From: the human T2T-CHM13v2.0 reference genome, Homo sapiens
Assembly (NCBI RefSeq): GCF_009914755.1
Contig: NC_060927.1
Strand: one strand, 5' to 3'
Length of the DNA: 64,000 nucleotides
A program made the translations under genes and the position numbers. Below, in pieces: positions 15,885-29,530 of this stretch. Positions within the stretch are counted from its first letter, which is position 1. Every line of letters starts with the position of its first letter. Under the pieces are notes generated by a model that was not told the origin of the DNA, did no database searches, and saw only the letters and a list, made by a program, of their open reading frames with translations.

Positions 15885-16545
15885 AATACCATGGAATATA
15901 CTTACCAAAACTTATGTACAGACAACATCATCTAAGGGATGCAGAAAACTTGGACAATCAAAAATGTATACCATATTCTTGAACAGGAAAACTCAATATT
16001 GTAAGGATGTCTGTTTTACTCAGGGTAGCCTTCAGATTTCACACATTCCTAGTAAAACTCCAATAGAATTGTGTTGTTTTTTTTTTTAACTGGATAAACT
16101 AGTTCTGAATTCTTATGGGATAATATACAACTAAAAATAGGCAAAGAAATTCTGAAAAAGAATACTAATGAGAGGATTATATTCCTAGAGATTACAAATT
16201 ATATATATATATATATACACACACACACATATATATATACACATATATATACACACACACACACACGCACTCTGAAGTCTCAATAAAATAATTAACAGTA
16301 TGGAACTGGCACATGCATGACAGATCAGATGAGTGGAACAGAATTGAAAGTTCAGGATCAGACCCAAATGCATATGAAAATGTAGCATATGCCTAAGGTG
16401 ACAAATCAGAAATCAGTAGGGAAAGACGGATTGTTTAATAAGTGGTGTTGGAACAACTGAGTAGCCATCTGGAAAAATAAAGTTGGATTCATATCTCACT
16501 TATAACAAGATAAATTCCAAATGGAATAAAAACTTAAAGGTAAAG
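15885..16545 (+). mobile_element. Old L1 ORF2 3' fragment
   Basis: aaactcaatattgtaaggatg...ggtgttggaacaactg...aaattccaaatgga. Confidence 0.65.
16200..16267. repeat. Compound (TA)n/(CA)n microsatellite
   Basis: Seen directly. Confidence 0.95.
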
Positions 16546-19174
16546 ATTATGTTTTAAAGATAATTTGTCAGTGCTTTACTAAGGGCTTGCACATACGTTT
16601 TCATTTACTATTGTTTTTGTAGAATAAACAAAAAGGCTTCCACTGGTCAGTGGTAATATTCAGCTTTCAGAGAAGAGCCGTGAGAGTCAGATGGGATTTG
16701 CTAGGACCAGCTCTCTCTGAGAGCCTGGCTCTGGGCCAGGCTTTGACAGGAGACAAAACAAAGGAAAATCCAAGTCCTGAAGAAAGAGGAACTTGGTCAA
16801 ATAGACTAAGGTGCAAATCTAGATATTCAATAGTTATTTACATCTGTTTTTTCTAAATGAACTAATCTAATCATGAATTTAGAAAAGTAGTTGTTAAACT
16901 GAAATAGTCCTTCAAACCCTCCTTTCTCCACTGAAGTGGAGACACACATTAAATTGTATCACATTATGCACACACATTAAATTGTAGCATATAATCTCCC
17001 AGTGAAACACTTGTGTTTCTTTCCATTTTTTCTGCTCTAAACATAATTATCTTGAAGATTCCAACTGCTTCCGGGCAGCTGTACTTGCCGGTCCTGAAAT
17101 CATGGGAATTCACACTGACTTTTCAGTGCTTTAAAAACTACCTCATTTCACATTCAGATGCTAAGGGCAAAGAGTGTGGCCTGGAGGTGGACTCTTAAAA
17201 TAAAGCTATCAAATTGATTTGAACTTTTGTTATACATAAATTCCTTACTGAGGGCATAAAAGTACTGTGTTGTCACACTTCATTTACCAATTTGCAGTAT
17301 TTTTTTGTGTCCCCAGTAATACTATGATCCATTTCAAGGTTAGGTGATTTACAAAAGGTGATTTCTGAGTAGGCACAACAAGCCCTATTCATAAAGACTA
17401 ATATTTAATAATTCTAACTTTTATAAGAACATCTGTTCTATTGAGAGCCATGACTTATTTTAAATTGTCTTCCTGGTTAACCTTGCCATGGAGAAAGCTT
17501 ATGTGTAAGTAAAAACTTGAGGCAACAGAACTTGTATAGCATGATTCACTATTTTGCAAACTCATATGTTTTTACAGGTCAATATTTCTCAAAATATAAT
17601 AATGATATATGAAGGAAAGTAGAAAACCCATGTTAGGTCTGTCCTCAAATATAGATGATATATAGAAATACATTGAACAAATGAGAAACAGGTTGTGAAA
17701 ATAGAAGCAAGGAAAAAATAAAGAACAGAAAATTAGGTGAAGCGAGCTAGAAATGGTGCTGAAAATCACATCGATAAATCCCTGTGCAGTTGCAAAGGTG
17801 GCCCCAACTGGGGGCCTGCACTTTCCAACAGCCAGGATCTGTTGGGAAACATTATCAGTTGCCAGATTGATGACATTCTGTGGGTTTAAGAAGAAAAAAA
17901 AAGAGTTCCCTGAGAAATAGTTTTCCCCTCTGTGACATAGTGACAGCAGCATTCTCAGTATCATCTGTACAACAAAAACCCTGGACAGATAATGTTATGT
18001 GGCTGTTTATAGAGCAGCTGTTGGTGCCAGCTGAGGACCTGATGCCAAAGTAGAGGTAGAAAGGCAGGCACGGCAGGTGCACCAGCGCCGTCTCAGCCCT
18101 CAGAGCTGGTGGTCTGGATTGTTGTAGATAGATCTAGCTTCTTGACTACCTAGAAACTAAATGGACTGCCTGTCCTACTGGTGTAAGCCAGAGACTGTAA
18201 AGTGACAACTCAAAGGCTAAGTTTACCCTACAAGTGTTTGGCACCTAAAAAATTTGTGAGTGACTTGCCCATATTTAAAATCAGATTGCACATATAAAAA
18301 TCTAGATTTCTGGCTTCTCTAAAAATCAGAGAGTCTTAGGCCCATAGTCTCACATCATCATAACTGGCAAAGCTGAGCACTAGTTGACCCCTTTACGGGG
18401 GGCATCACTCTCAAGTGCCCCTCAGTCTTCACCCCTGCTTCCCAGATCACCTCATTTACAATAACCCCCTGCCCTCATAGCTTTAATTCAGCCAGTCCTT
18501 TGTGTCAGTGGTTTCTTCTTACTTTTTTTCCTTCCTTCTTTGCTTCCTCTTTCCCTTCCTTCCTTCCTTCTTTTCCTGCTTTTTGGCTGAAGCTTCATTT
18601 CCACCTATAAAATTTTATAGAGGAATTTAGTCTACAAAGTAGATAAGAAAGGACAGCTGTGATAGAAGGATAGAAGCCCCCCCTCTTCCCCCTTTCAAGC
18701 TCATCTCCTGGCTTCCCTCATGGCCACCACAGGCAGACCTTTGTAGATGCCCTTGGCTCCACAGAGAACGAGCTGACATCACCGCTCCAAGATATCTTTT
18801 GCAACCAAATTTTGTATGAGAACTGCACTGCATAGTTGGAAGATGAATTTTCTGCCAGGGACCTGAAATACAGGAATTCTGTATTACAAATGAAAGGCAG
18901 GTCATGTGTTTCAGTAATCAAGGAAGCCTAAGTAAGGTTGACCTTGTGTATGGCAGTGTAAAGCCAACCCAGATATGTGCCTGAATAAAAGGCCACCCCA
19001 CTCTCATTGCAAAGATTGGCTAACCTGCAAATCTCAGAATTTGTATGTACATATGCACATATATACACACGTATGCACACATCCTTTGAATAAAGCAAGA
19101 CATAATACTTAAGTAGTCATCGTGGCCTAGAATGAGTTGGTTTTCTTAAGCATTCACCTGCTTCTTTTCATTAG

Positions 19175-19235
19175 GTCGATGACAGCATTCAGAGGAGACG
19201 GCAAAGTTATAAAATTATTTGCAAAGCACATAAAG
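19175..19235 (+). CDS. CMSS1: CMSS1 coding exon ([20 protein letters not shown])
   Basis: cattag| acceptor, |gtaagc donor, 61 nt; Cms1-family KLFAKHIK motif. Confidence 0.96.
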
Positions 19236-19651
19236 GTAAGCAAGGGCCTGTGTGATCCCTAAAGGCCTCTCCCAGACCTCAGCTTTTTTCCTTTCAACCT
19301 CTTCTCCTAATCTCCTTAGCACATATTTTATTGAGTTCCTTCCTTATGTAACATTTAACAACTTTTCTGGTTTTTTAAATTCTATGCTTCTGCATACCTA
19401 CCTCCCCAGTATGGCAGTCGCTACTGCCATGCTCTGTCCCTGTATAGAACCTGAGGCTTGACCCTTTGATTCCTTGAAGATTACCAGTTTTCTAGGGATA
19501 TGCTCATCTCTGCCCTGGAAGTCGACCCTACACAAGGGTAGCTCCATTTGTATTTCACTTTCTTAACTTTGAGATAAAATGTTCTAAATTGGTGTAAGAT
19601 AGCACTTTCTTAATGACTTCCTTTTCTTTCTTCTCTTTCATCTTGGAACAG

Positions 19652-19739
19652 GTCCAGGCGCAGGTAAAGTTGCTGGAGAAGCGTGTGGTGCACCTGGGTG
19701 TAGGAACTCCGGGGAGAATTAAAGAACTTGTTAAACAAG
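19652..19739 (+). CDS. CMSS1: CMSS1 coding exon ([29 protein letters not shown])
   Basis: aacag| acceptor, |gtatga donor, 88 nt; VGTPGR is the DEAD-box motif Ib-like element of Cms1 proteins. Confidence 0.96.
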
Positions 19740-21124
19740 GTATGACAAGAGGGCAGTGATACTCTTGCCCAGGGCTGGGAGTTTGCCTTACCTACATGTG
19801 AGTCTCAGAAACTAAATTCAGGATATACAAAAACCAGACCTCTGTGTTAATTCAGGAATTGGAAACTCAGCCTTTAATCTCTGAAACCAACCAGCAAGTA
19901 TAGCACAATAGGGAATGATAAGGACTGTGGCAAACTGAAGTACGTGTGCCCACCTAAACAGAGTCAAATTCCAGCTGCTATAAGCAGGTTAGTGGTTCCA
20001 CATAGCCTTCATTCCACCAGTGTGCAGCCACTGCTTGAGTTGAGCAGTTCCCTGTCACTCCACTGAGTCTTGGGGAGACTCCCATTTTGAGGGCTGGTAT
20101 ATAAAACATACTAAAACAAAAAACGTAGTTTCCATGAATGTAATGCAGGCATTCCATAATAGTTCTTCCCAAATGTGTTTCTCTTTTAGTGCTTTACAGA
20201 AAGTATTCTAGACAACATCCACTGGTGGGTTTTTATAGTTTGCCAACTTTCTCAAAGCCAGTAGCCTAAGAACCTGCTAACCTGCCAATTATCTTATTAC
20301 CTCTTCTACCTACCAGGCAGATTGAATGATTTCTTTTCAATACTTATTTCCAAATTACTTATGTATTATATAATAGAGCTTTTTTTTTAAATAACTGTCT
20401 GGAGCTATTCTCAGATTATTTTATATATCTAAAAGTAATGTGTTCATCAGTGTAGTAACTCATTATAGAGATGGTCATTTGCCAGGGAGCAACAAAAGCT
20501 AAAACTACTGTTGTTTCTCTCCAGATGAAAATCATCCAGGGTTAGTTGAACCCACTATATGCAGAGTTTTGTACAAATACCAACAACTAACAAATTTGGC
20601 TGCCCCTGACAAGGAAGGGAAACAACACTTTCGAGTTCCTACTTGTACGCAGCGCTACGCTTGACACCCTTACATATGTTACCTCATTTAGCACTCACAG
20701 CATCCTTACAGGCTAGCCTTTTTATTTTTTATGAGAGAGAACTGAAGCTCAGAGGGTTAAGTCACCCTCCCCAAGGTCTGTCAGTCTAGGCTCTCCTGGT
20801 TCTAGAGCCTTTTCCCCTCAAGGAGCTCCTGATCCAGCTGAAGAACTAAGTGTACATAGACTGAGATCGATAGCATGAGGCAGTAAATGCCAAGAGCCAA
20901 ATGAGCACTTCTAAGTCCTACAAGAGTTGAAATGAGAAAGAGATAGTTATGCTGGCCTGAATCTGCAGGGCAGGGTCTTTAACTGATCTTTGAAGTGTGG
21001 GGAGGATTGAAATAGGCCGGGAGGGTCAGAGGAAGCATTCATGAATGGGAGAACAGCCCAGTGAGATTCTCAGAAAGCAGGCACATGCACATGGTATATC
21101 ACAAGGAATTGATGAGGAGGTAAA

Positions 21125-21365
21125 ACAATGTTGCAGTTAAGAGCCCCTGTGATGGACTCAGACCTCCAGATTCAAATCCCAGGTCTAGCAACTTACCAGC
21201 TCTGTGACCTTGGCAAGTTACTTAACCCTTCTCAGCCTGTTTCTTTGTGCGAACAACAGGGATAGTAATAGTAGCTACTTAGAGGTTTGTTATAAAAACA
21301 AAATGCCAATAAAGAGCTCAGCACAGTAAGTGTCACACCCTAAACACTTAACAAATATTAGTTAT
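21125..21365 (+). mobile_element. MIR
   Basis: ttcaaatcccag...gtgaccttggcaagttacttaacc core. Confidence 0.7.
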
Positions 21366-22619
21366 TTATTAAAGAGACCAACTTTCTTGCTTGGAAACTT
21401 CGTGGGCTCTAGTAGCAGCTGATGTAACTGGAAAGAAATTTGAGGAAAGTCCTTGAACAGTAAGCTGAGGAGTTTGGATTTTTGTCTTGTGGACATCCTA
21501 TGGCATTTGAAAGTTAAGGAACAGATGAGAGGCACCAAGGCCTTCTATGAGACACAGATTTGGGAGTAATTGGCTGGGTATCAGAAGCTAAGGATGGACT
21601 CTCAGGTTGGTTCCTGCCTCCCTAACAGCTTTTAGCTAAAGATTCACCACCAGCCCCTCCTGGAATCCAGATTTTTTTGTGTGTCACCAGACTTCCCCAG
21701 CCCCCACCCCATGCAACAGGATTACTCTTCTCTGTATTTAAAAGAAAGAGAGGAAGAGAAAAAGCAAAGCTATCCAGACTATTGAAATCAGATCTCTACA
21801 GAGTTGTGAGACCTCAATATGAAGGCTTATTTCATATGGAAAAATCATTTAAAGGGCGATTTTTAAAAAAATATTAATGAAAATAATTTTTACATCTGAT
21901 TCTAATTGGATGAATGGTTTCATATTCATTAACCACAGGTATTTGCCTACATACAAAGTGTTTAAAGAGAATAGTCCCAGCACCCTAAAAGTGAAAAATC
22001 TAACAGAGTGACACCAATAGCATATATGTAGCTGTTTATGACTTAATAAGATGTTTATACGTTTGATATATAAGGAGAGTTTTCAGACATTGAAAGATAT
22101 CCCATGACATTGGGATGTATACAATTACAGGCAATTGTGTTGTTTTAATTTAGTAATGAAGGGGATTTTCTGACTATAGGAGCCTTTGAAAATGCAAAAA
22201 TGTACAGAGAAGAAAACAAGTCACTTTAGAAGCAATCTCTTGTTAATAATGAATGTATTTCCTTTGAGTCTTTTTTCTATACAATTTGTATGTTTATTTT
22301 TATACAACAGAGATTGATTATACTGCATCTCATAACTTTATAACCTACCTTTTTCACTTGCTATATCTCATGAGGACTTACCTTCCTTGTCATGAAGCAC
22401 GTTTAATTTTTCATTTGTATAGCTACACTATTTACAATATTCTATTGTAAATTTATTTTTTTGCAATTCTATTATGGTAGACTTTGGGTTGTTTCTAAAT
22501 TGTTGCTATTATAAATAATGTGGCAATGATCATTTTTGCAAGTAGCTATGTTTATGTTTCTGATGCTTCACTGGGATATGTCATAGAAGGAAATTTATTT
22601 TATCAAATAAAAGCATTTT

Positions 22620-22705
22620 GGCTGGGCACCGTGGCTCATGCCTATAATCCCGGCACTTTGGGATGCTGAGATGGGCAGATCACTTGAGGTCAGGAATTTG
22701 AGATC
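22620..22705 (+). mobile_element. 3'-truncated, tailless Alu flanked by a 19-bp direct repeat
   Basis: ATCAAATAAAAGCATTTTG at 22602-22620 and 22703-22721. Confidence 0.85.
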
Positions 22706-23662
22706 AAATAAAAGCATTTTGAAGCTGTTATAATATTATGCTCAGTTTCATTCCAGAGAGGCTGTACCTATTTGCTTTCCTGAGAGCAGTTATATTAAGG
22801 GAAGACTGATGATCAACTCATTGTCTTTTCCAGTTCACTATTTTTATTTTAATTTTGCAGAGAGTTTTTAATAACAGGCATTTGAATTATAAAAAGCATG
22901 AACAAGTATTAGGGGCAAAGAGGAAAATATTTAAATACTACAGGGAAAAGCTGAGGGGAAGTGCCACAGGAGAGGAAGGCTGCAGGTACTGTTAACACAA
23001 GAGACGTGGAACAGCTTGGAGCAGAGGCAAGAACTGACTCTATGCCCAACTGTGAGACATCTGAGGACTACACATTCCCTGAGGTCCCCTTCAGCCCTCA
23101 CAGTCCATAATTGTCTTCTAGACAAACAGGAAAGCAGAGAATGGAGTCATTAAGTGATTTACCAACCTCATCGAAGGATAGCTGAATAGAGCCTATTCAT
23201 CTCAACTTCCTTTTCTGCCTAAAAGGAACCACCCAACCCTGTCCTCATCTTTCTCCCCACTCACCTCCTGAGAGCCCTGCAGACTCCATGGACTCAACTC
23301 CTTTGAAAGGCAACTACCCCAAACTGCGGGATTTAACTTAGCAAATCCCTGTCAGGAATGAGACTATAGCCTCTGGGGCTTCATGAAATGGATGCCTGGC
23401 CAGCGTGTGAGCATTTGAGGAGCTTAGCAAGAGCAGTTTCTCTGCTTTCCTCAGGAGGAGTGATGAGATGATAAGAAGAGCAAGTCTCAGAGTGCTGCAT
23501 TTGTTTTCCATCAGGGAAGGGCAGCACTTAATGTGCGGAGATTAGTTACTGGGGGAGAGGACAACATATGAGACAAAAAGTAACCCGGAGAATAAAAAAT
23601 CATTTTAATAAGCTTATGTCATGAGGTCTTTACTACAGCAACTCTCTTCCTGTCTCTTTCAG

Positions 23663-23751
23663 GTGGCCTTAATTTGAGCCCCTTAAAATTTCTGGTTTTT
23701 GACTGGAACTGGAGAGATCAGAAGTTGAGGAGAATGATGGACATTCCCGAG
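23663..23751 (+). CDS. CMSS1: CMSS1 coding exon ([30 protein letters not shown])
   Basis: tttcag| acceptor, |gtacca donor, 89 nt, frame consistent. Confidence 0.95.
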
Positions 23752-25036
23752 GTACCACGTAACCAGCAGTTGCCTTTAATCATTTTTTCTCTATTTGAAC
23801 TTGGTTCAAACACAGTAATAAAGTCTTTGACATGAGGAGCCAGCACATGTTAGATTTTGAAATGATTTCTATCTTTTTTAACTCTGAGCTAACTATAATT
23901 ATAGAGGCCACCTCATCCCCTTACACATAATTGTATCCTTTCCATGTGTTTCATGGGAATCAGCTCTGTTGCTCCTTAAATGACCAATGGCCTCTCCTCA
24001 CTAGGGACCATTTTGAGAAACAAGAAGATCTGAAGGACCTGCACTTCTCCTGTGCCTTTCTTTGTAGACACACTCGTCTTTATCTTTCATTCTTATATGT
24101 GCACTTTTGGCTCGGGTTAGGGGAGCAGGGGTACAAACTTGCCTCTGCCAGCATCTCCACATGGATTCCCAAGAACCCACTTACTTAATTTAGAAAGATA
24201 TTTTGGTTCATGGGGTGGGGAAATTTTTTGATGTCTCAGTTGATCAGAATTGAATGACCGAATGCATTTATGGGCACAGTATTAGCTCATTATATATTTT
24301 TAAAAACAATCCATTATCATCATAATGTGAAAAAATTACTTTGCCACCTACCACGCTATTATGGGGCTAATTTTTCAATCTAGCCTGATGCTTCACAGTA
24401 GCTGTTAGGAAAAAAAATGATTACCAGTCACTAACCAAGAACAAATCATGGCAGTAACTATCAAAGAGGCTTGGAAATACTCTTCCAAACATGCTGAATG
24501 AATTAATTTATCACATAAAGCTATATCTCCAGATTGACCAAACCTGATTATAATTGATCAGTGAGTTATTTCAGACATCAGTTCAGGTTAAAAAACAATT
24601 TGCTCAGTTACACACACGCACATGCACACACACATACACAGTCGTGCATTTTGTCCCCTGACTTGACTGGTTTCTTAAAACTGGTTTAACAAATTTGATA
24701 TCAGGCATGAGGCCATAGTTGATTATTTCAGTTATAATATTAAATTTGACTAATCTACTAAGTTTCTAATTCTAATAATGAGAAATGTCCAAAAACATCT
24801 TGTCACCCATAGTTATTTTTATTCTGTTGCTGTCATTCTCAGCAGTTATCCTAAGGCAATAAAATCCTATACTGAACTATTGTATATAATCTTGTTTACA
24901 GAAAGCACACTGTGGAGTCCTTGAAACACCTTTGTATAGCATTTTATTTTGAATGGCTGCAAACAAAAGGGCACTTTAATGAAACTAATGTTTTATATAG
25001 TACCTCCTCCTTCATTTATATAAATATTTTAATTCT

Positions 25037-25475
<439 letters not shown>

Positions 25476-25640
25476 TTAAAAATTTCAACTCTGAATCAAA
25501 TGTGTGTTAGGACTTTTGCACTCTCTGATTCTGGCCATAACAGCTGGGTAAATATCAGGGAGTCCTGATGGTTGAATGTATTCACCAAGACCATTTTGGC
25601 TTGATCTTAATCTTTTTTTCCCCCCTTTTCTCTCATTTAG

Positions 25641-25724
25641 ATAAGAAAGGAGGTATTCGAACTTCTGGAAATGGGAGTGCTCAGTCTGTGCAAGTCAGAA
25701 TCCTTGAAACTGGGCCTTTTCTAA
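25641..25724 (+). CDS. CMSS1: CMSS1 terminal coding exon (IRKEVFELLEMGVLSLCKSESLKLGLF*)
   Basis: catttag| acceptor; TAA at 25722-25724; matches the CMSS1 C-terminus as I recall it. Confidence 0.95.
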   Translation: MRKEVFELLEMGVLSLCKSESLKLGLF

Positions 25725-25912
25725 GTCTGTGTCCTAATGAAGATTCCAGTTTTCACAGTAGAAGTTGCATCTTATTTAATGACTCTGATACATTGCAAGC
25801 ACTCAGTAAATATCAGCAAATAGTTTATGTTAATTGTGTCAACAGATGGATCACTGGAATGTGGGGATTCTGAAACAGAAATGAAACTGTCCTTTTGACA
25901 ACTCTCTTATAT

Positions 25913-25918
25913 AATAAA
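25913..25918 (+). terminator. CMSS1 proximal polyadenylation signal AATAAA
   Basis: AATAAA about 190 nt after the stop, followed by GU/U-rich sequence (ttgtgtatga, gtgtttttctg). Confidence 0.75.
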
Positions 25919-26176
25919 GTATCACCGGCTTGTGTATGATCCTTGTTGAGCGGACCGTGTTTTTCTGTCACCAACTGGCTTCTGATGTAACTGTGCAGGA
26001 GAAAGGAAAGAGCAGCTGGGTGACCTTAGGCAAGCGTAAGGTCTTGCCTCTCTGAGCCCCATCTTATCAACTCAAAGTGGGAATGTCTCACAGCATTGTT
26101 GAGGATTCCAGGAGATAGTACATGGGGAGCAGATTTGTAAACTCTGAGGCATGGTCCCAGCAAAAAGGGTGGCAGG

Positions 26177-28538
26177 TATATTAATCCATTCTCACATTGC
26201 TATAAAGAACTACCCGAGACTGGGTAGATTATAAAGAAAAGAGGTTTAATTGACTCACAGTTTCACAGGCTGTACAGGAGGCATGGCTGAGAGGCCTCAG
26301 GAAACTTGGCAGAAGGTGAAGGGGAAGCAAGCACATCTTCACATGGCGACAAGAGAGCAAGAGAGTGAAGGGAGAAATGCCACACACTTTTAAACGACTA
26401 GATCTTGTGAGAACTCACTCCCTATCATGAGAACAGCAGAACAGCAAGGGGAAAATCTGTCCCTATGATCCAGTCACCTTCCACCAGGTCCCTCCCCCAA
26501 CATTGGGAATTATAATTCAACATAAGATTCGGGTGGAGACACAGAGCCAAACCATGTCAATTCCACCCCGGCCTCTTCCAAATTTCATGTTCTTCTCACA
26601 TTTCAAAACACAATCATGCCTTCTCAACAGTCCCCCAAAGTCTTAACTCATTCCAGCATTAACTGAAAAGTCCAACTCCAAAGTCTGATCTGAGACAAGG
26701 CAACTTCCTTCCACCTATGAGCCTGTAAAATAAAAAACAAGTTAGTCATTTCCAAGATACAATGGAGGTACAGGCATTGGGTAAATGCTCCCATTCCAAG
26801 TGGGAGAAACTGGCCCAAAGGAGCTAAAGGCCTCATGCCAGTTTGAAACCCAGCAGGGCACTCTTTGAATCTTAAAGCTCCAAAATAATCTTTGACTCCA
26901 TGTCTCACATCCAGGCCACTCTGATGCAAGGAGTGGGCTCCCAAGGCCTTAGGCAGCTCTGCCCCTGTGGCTCTGCAGGGTACAGTCCCCATGGTTGCTT
27001 TCACAGGCTGGTGTTGAGTGCCTACAGCATATCCAGGTACACAGTGTAAGCTGTCAGTGGATCTACCATTCTGGGGTCTGGAGGATGATGGCTCTCTTCT
27101 CACAGCTCCACTAGGCAGTGCCCCAGTGGGGACTCTGTGTAGGGTCTCCAACCCCACATTTCCCCTCTGCACTGCCCTAGTAGAGGCTCTCCATGAGGGC
27201 TTCACCCCTGTAGCAGACTTCTGCCTGGACATCCAGGCGTTTCCATACATCCTCTGAAATTGAGGCAGAGGCTCCCAAACCTCAGCTCTTGCCTTCTGCA
27301 CACCCATAAGCCCAACAGCACGTGGAAGCTGCCAAGGCTTGGGGCTTGCACCCTCTGAAGCAATGGTTCAGCTGTACCTTGGCCCCTTTTAGTCACAGCT
27401 GGAGCTGGGGCAGCTGGGAATTAGGCTGCCATGTCCTAAGGCTGCACAGAGCAGCTGGGCCCAGGGCCTAGCCCACGAAACCATTTTTTTCCTCCTAGGC
27501 CTCTGGGCCTGTTTGGTGGGGCTGGGGAGGGCTGCCACGAAGGTCTCTGAAGTGCCCTGGAGGCATTTTATCCATTGTTTTGGCTATTAACATTTGGCTC
27601 CTCTTGTGCAAACTTCTGCAGTGAGCTTGAATTTCTCCCCAGAAAATGGCTTTTCTTTTCTACCACATGGTCAGGCTGCAAATTTTCAAGCTTTTATACT
27701 CTGCTTTGCTTTTAAATATAAGTTATCTCTGCTTATGCAAATGAGCATAGGCTTTTAGAAGCAACCAGGCCACCTCTTGAACACTTTGCTGCTTAGAAAT
27801 TTCTGCCGGATACCCTAAGTCATCTCTCCCAAGTTCAAAGTTACACAGATCCCTAAAGCAGGGGCACAATGCCACCAGTCTCTGCTAAAGCATAGCAAGA
27901 GTGACCTTTGCTCCAGTTCCTGATAAGTTCCTCATCTCCATTTGAGACCACCTCAGCCTGGACTTCATTGTCCATATCACTATCAGCATTTTGGTCAAAA
28001 CTGTTCAACAAGTCTCTAGGAGGTTCCAAACATCCCTCATATTCCTGTCTTCTTCTGATCCTTCCAAACTGTTGCAACTTCTCCCCGTTACCCAGTTTCA
28101 AAGTTGCTTCCACATTTTTTAGGTATCTTTATAGAAATGTCCCACTTCTCTGGTACCAATTTTTTGTATTCTTCCATTTTTACACTGCTATGAAGAACTA
28201 CCTGAGACTGGGTAGTTTATAATGAAAAGAGGTTTAATTGACTTCCAGTTCCACAGACTGTACAGGAGGATGGCTGGGGAGGCCTCAGGAAATTTACAAT
28301 CATGGCAGAAGATGAAAGGGATGCAACCACATCTTGTGGCAACAAGAGAGCAAGAGAGTGAAGGGGGAAGTGCTATACACTTTTAAACAATCAGATCTCT
28401 TGAGAACTCACTATCATGAGAACAGCAAGGGGGAAATCTGCCCCCATGATCTAATCACCTCCCACCAGATCCCTCCCCCAACACTGGGAATTACAATTCG
28501 ACATGAAACTTGGGTGGGGACACAGCCAAACCACATCA
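26177..28538 (-). mobile_element. Full-length MaLR provirus (MSTA-like LTR - internal region - LTR)
   Basis: LTRs at 26177-26559 and 28165-28538 with MST/THE1-type ends; 5-bp TSD GCAGG at 26172-26176 and 28539-28543; typical MaLR internal sequence. Confidence 0.92.
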
Positions 28539-28624
28539 GCAGGGTAGTGGTAGAAAGAGCATCAAGTGAATTTGGCCCTTTGTAAACGTATAAAAAGACA
28601 ACAATATAATTACAGCTGTCTTAT

Positions 28625-29530
28625 TAACTTTTTTTTAAAAACTTTCTATTTTGAAACTTCAGGCTTAATAGAAAAGTTTAAAAAATAGAGAATTCCCATA
28701 TCCCCTTCCCTGAGCTTTCCCTGTGTTAAATTCTTGTATAACCATAATAGAGTTATCAAAACTAAGAAGTCATCACTGGTACTGTATAATTAACTAAACT
28801 ACAGAGTTTATTTGGATTTCTCCAATTTTTCCACTAATGTCCTTGTTCTATTCCAGGATTCACTGCAGGATCCCACATTGCACTTACTTAGTTGTTGTAT
28901 CTTTTTGGTTTCTTCAGACCAGTGACAGTTCCTCAGTATTTCCCTGTCTTTCATGACCTTCACACTTTTGAACAGTATCCATCGTGTATTTTGTAGAATG
29001 TCCTTCAATTTGGATTTGTCTGTAATGTTCTCATGATTTGATTAAAGTTATGCATTTTTTGACCAGAATACCACAGAAGTGAGTATGTCCTTCTGGATTT
29101 ATTATATCAGGGGTACATAATGTTAATATGTCTTATTACCAGTGATGTCAACCTTGATCACCTGGCTAAGGTGGTATCTGCCAGTTTTTTCTATAAAGTT
29201 ATTATTTTCCCTTTGTAATTAATATCTATTTTAGGGGCAGTACTTTGAGGCTATACAAATATCTGTTTTTCCTCAAACTTTTGCCTGCTAATTCTAGCAA
29301 ATATTGGTAGTTCTTGCCTGCGACAGCCATTACTGTAATGGTTTTTCTATTTTTCTCATTCCTTCAACATGTGTTACATTTATTACAGAATTCCTCTTTA
29401 AGAAAGAATTATCTCCTTTCCCCCATTTCCTTGTTTGTTCAATTATTTATTTACATCAGTATGGACTCATTGATACTTATTTTATTCTATGAGTTATAAG
29501 GTAATAGTATTGTTTTTTATTTTTTTGCTC
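28625..29530 (-). mobile_element. L1MC-like 3' fragment
   Basis: ttcatgaccttcacacttttgaa...gtattttgtagaatgtcc...gatgtcaaccttgatcacctggctaagg. Confidence 0.65.

Noticed and set aside
25568-25873. 101-aa ORF overlapping the last CMSS1 exon
   Set aside because: Alternative frame starting in the intron; the true frame is fixed by splice phase and ends at 25724
26648-27307. Longest ORF in the track (219 aa, minus strand)
   Set aside because: Lies wholly in the MaLR internal region; such decayed open frames are common in MST/THE1 internal sequence and there is no gene context
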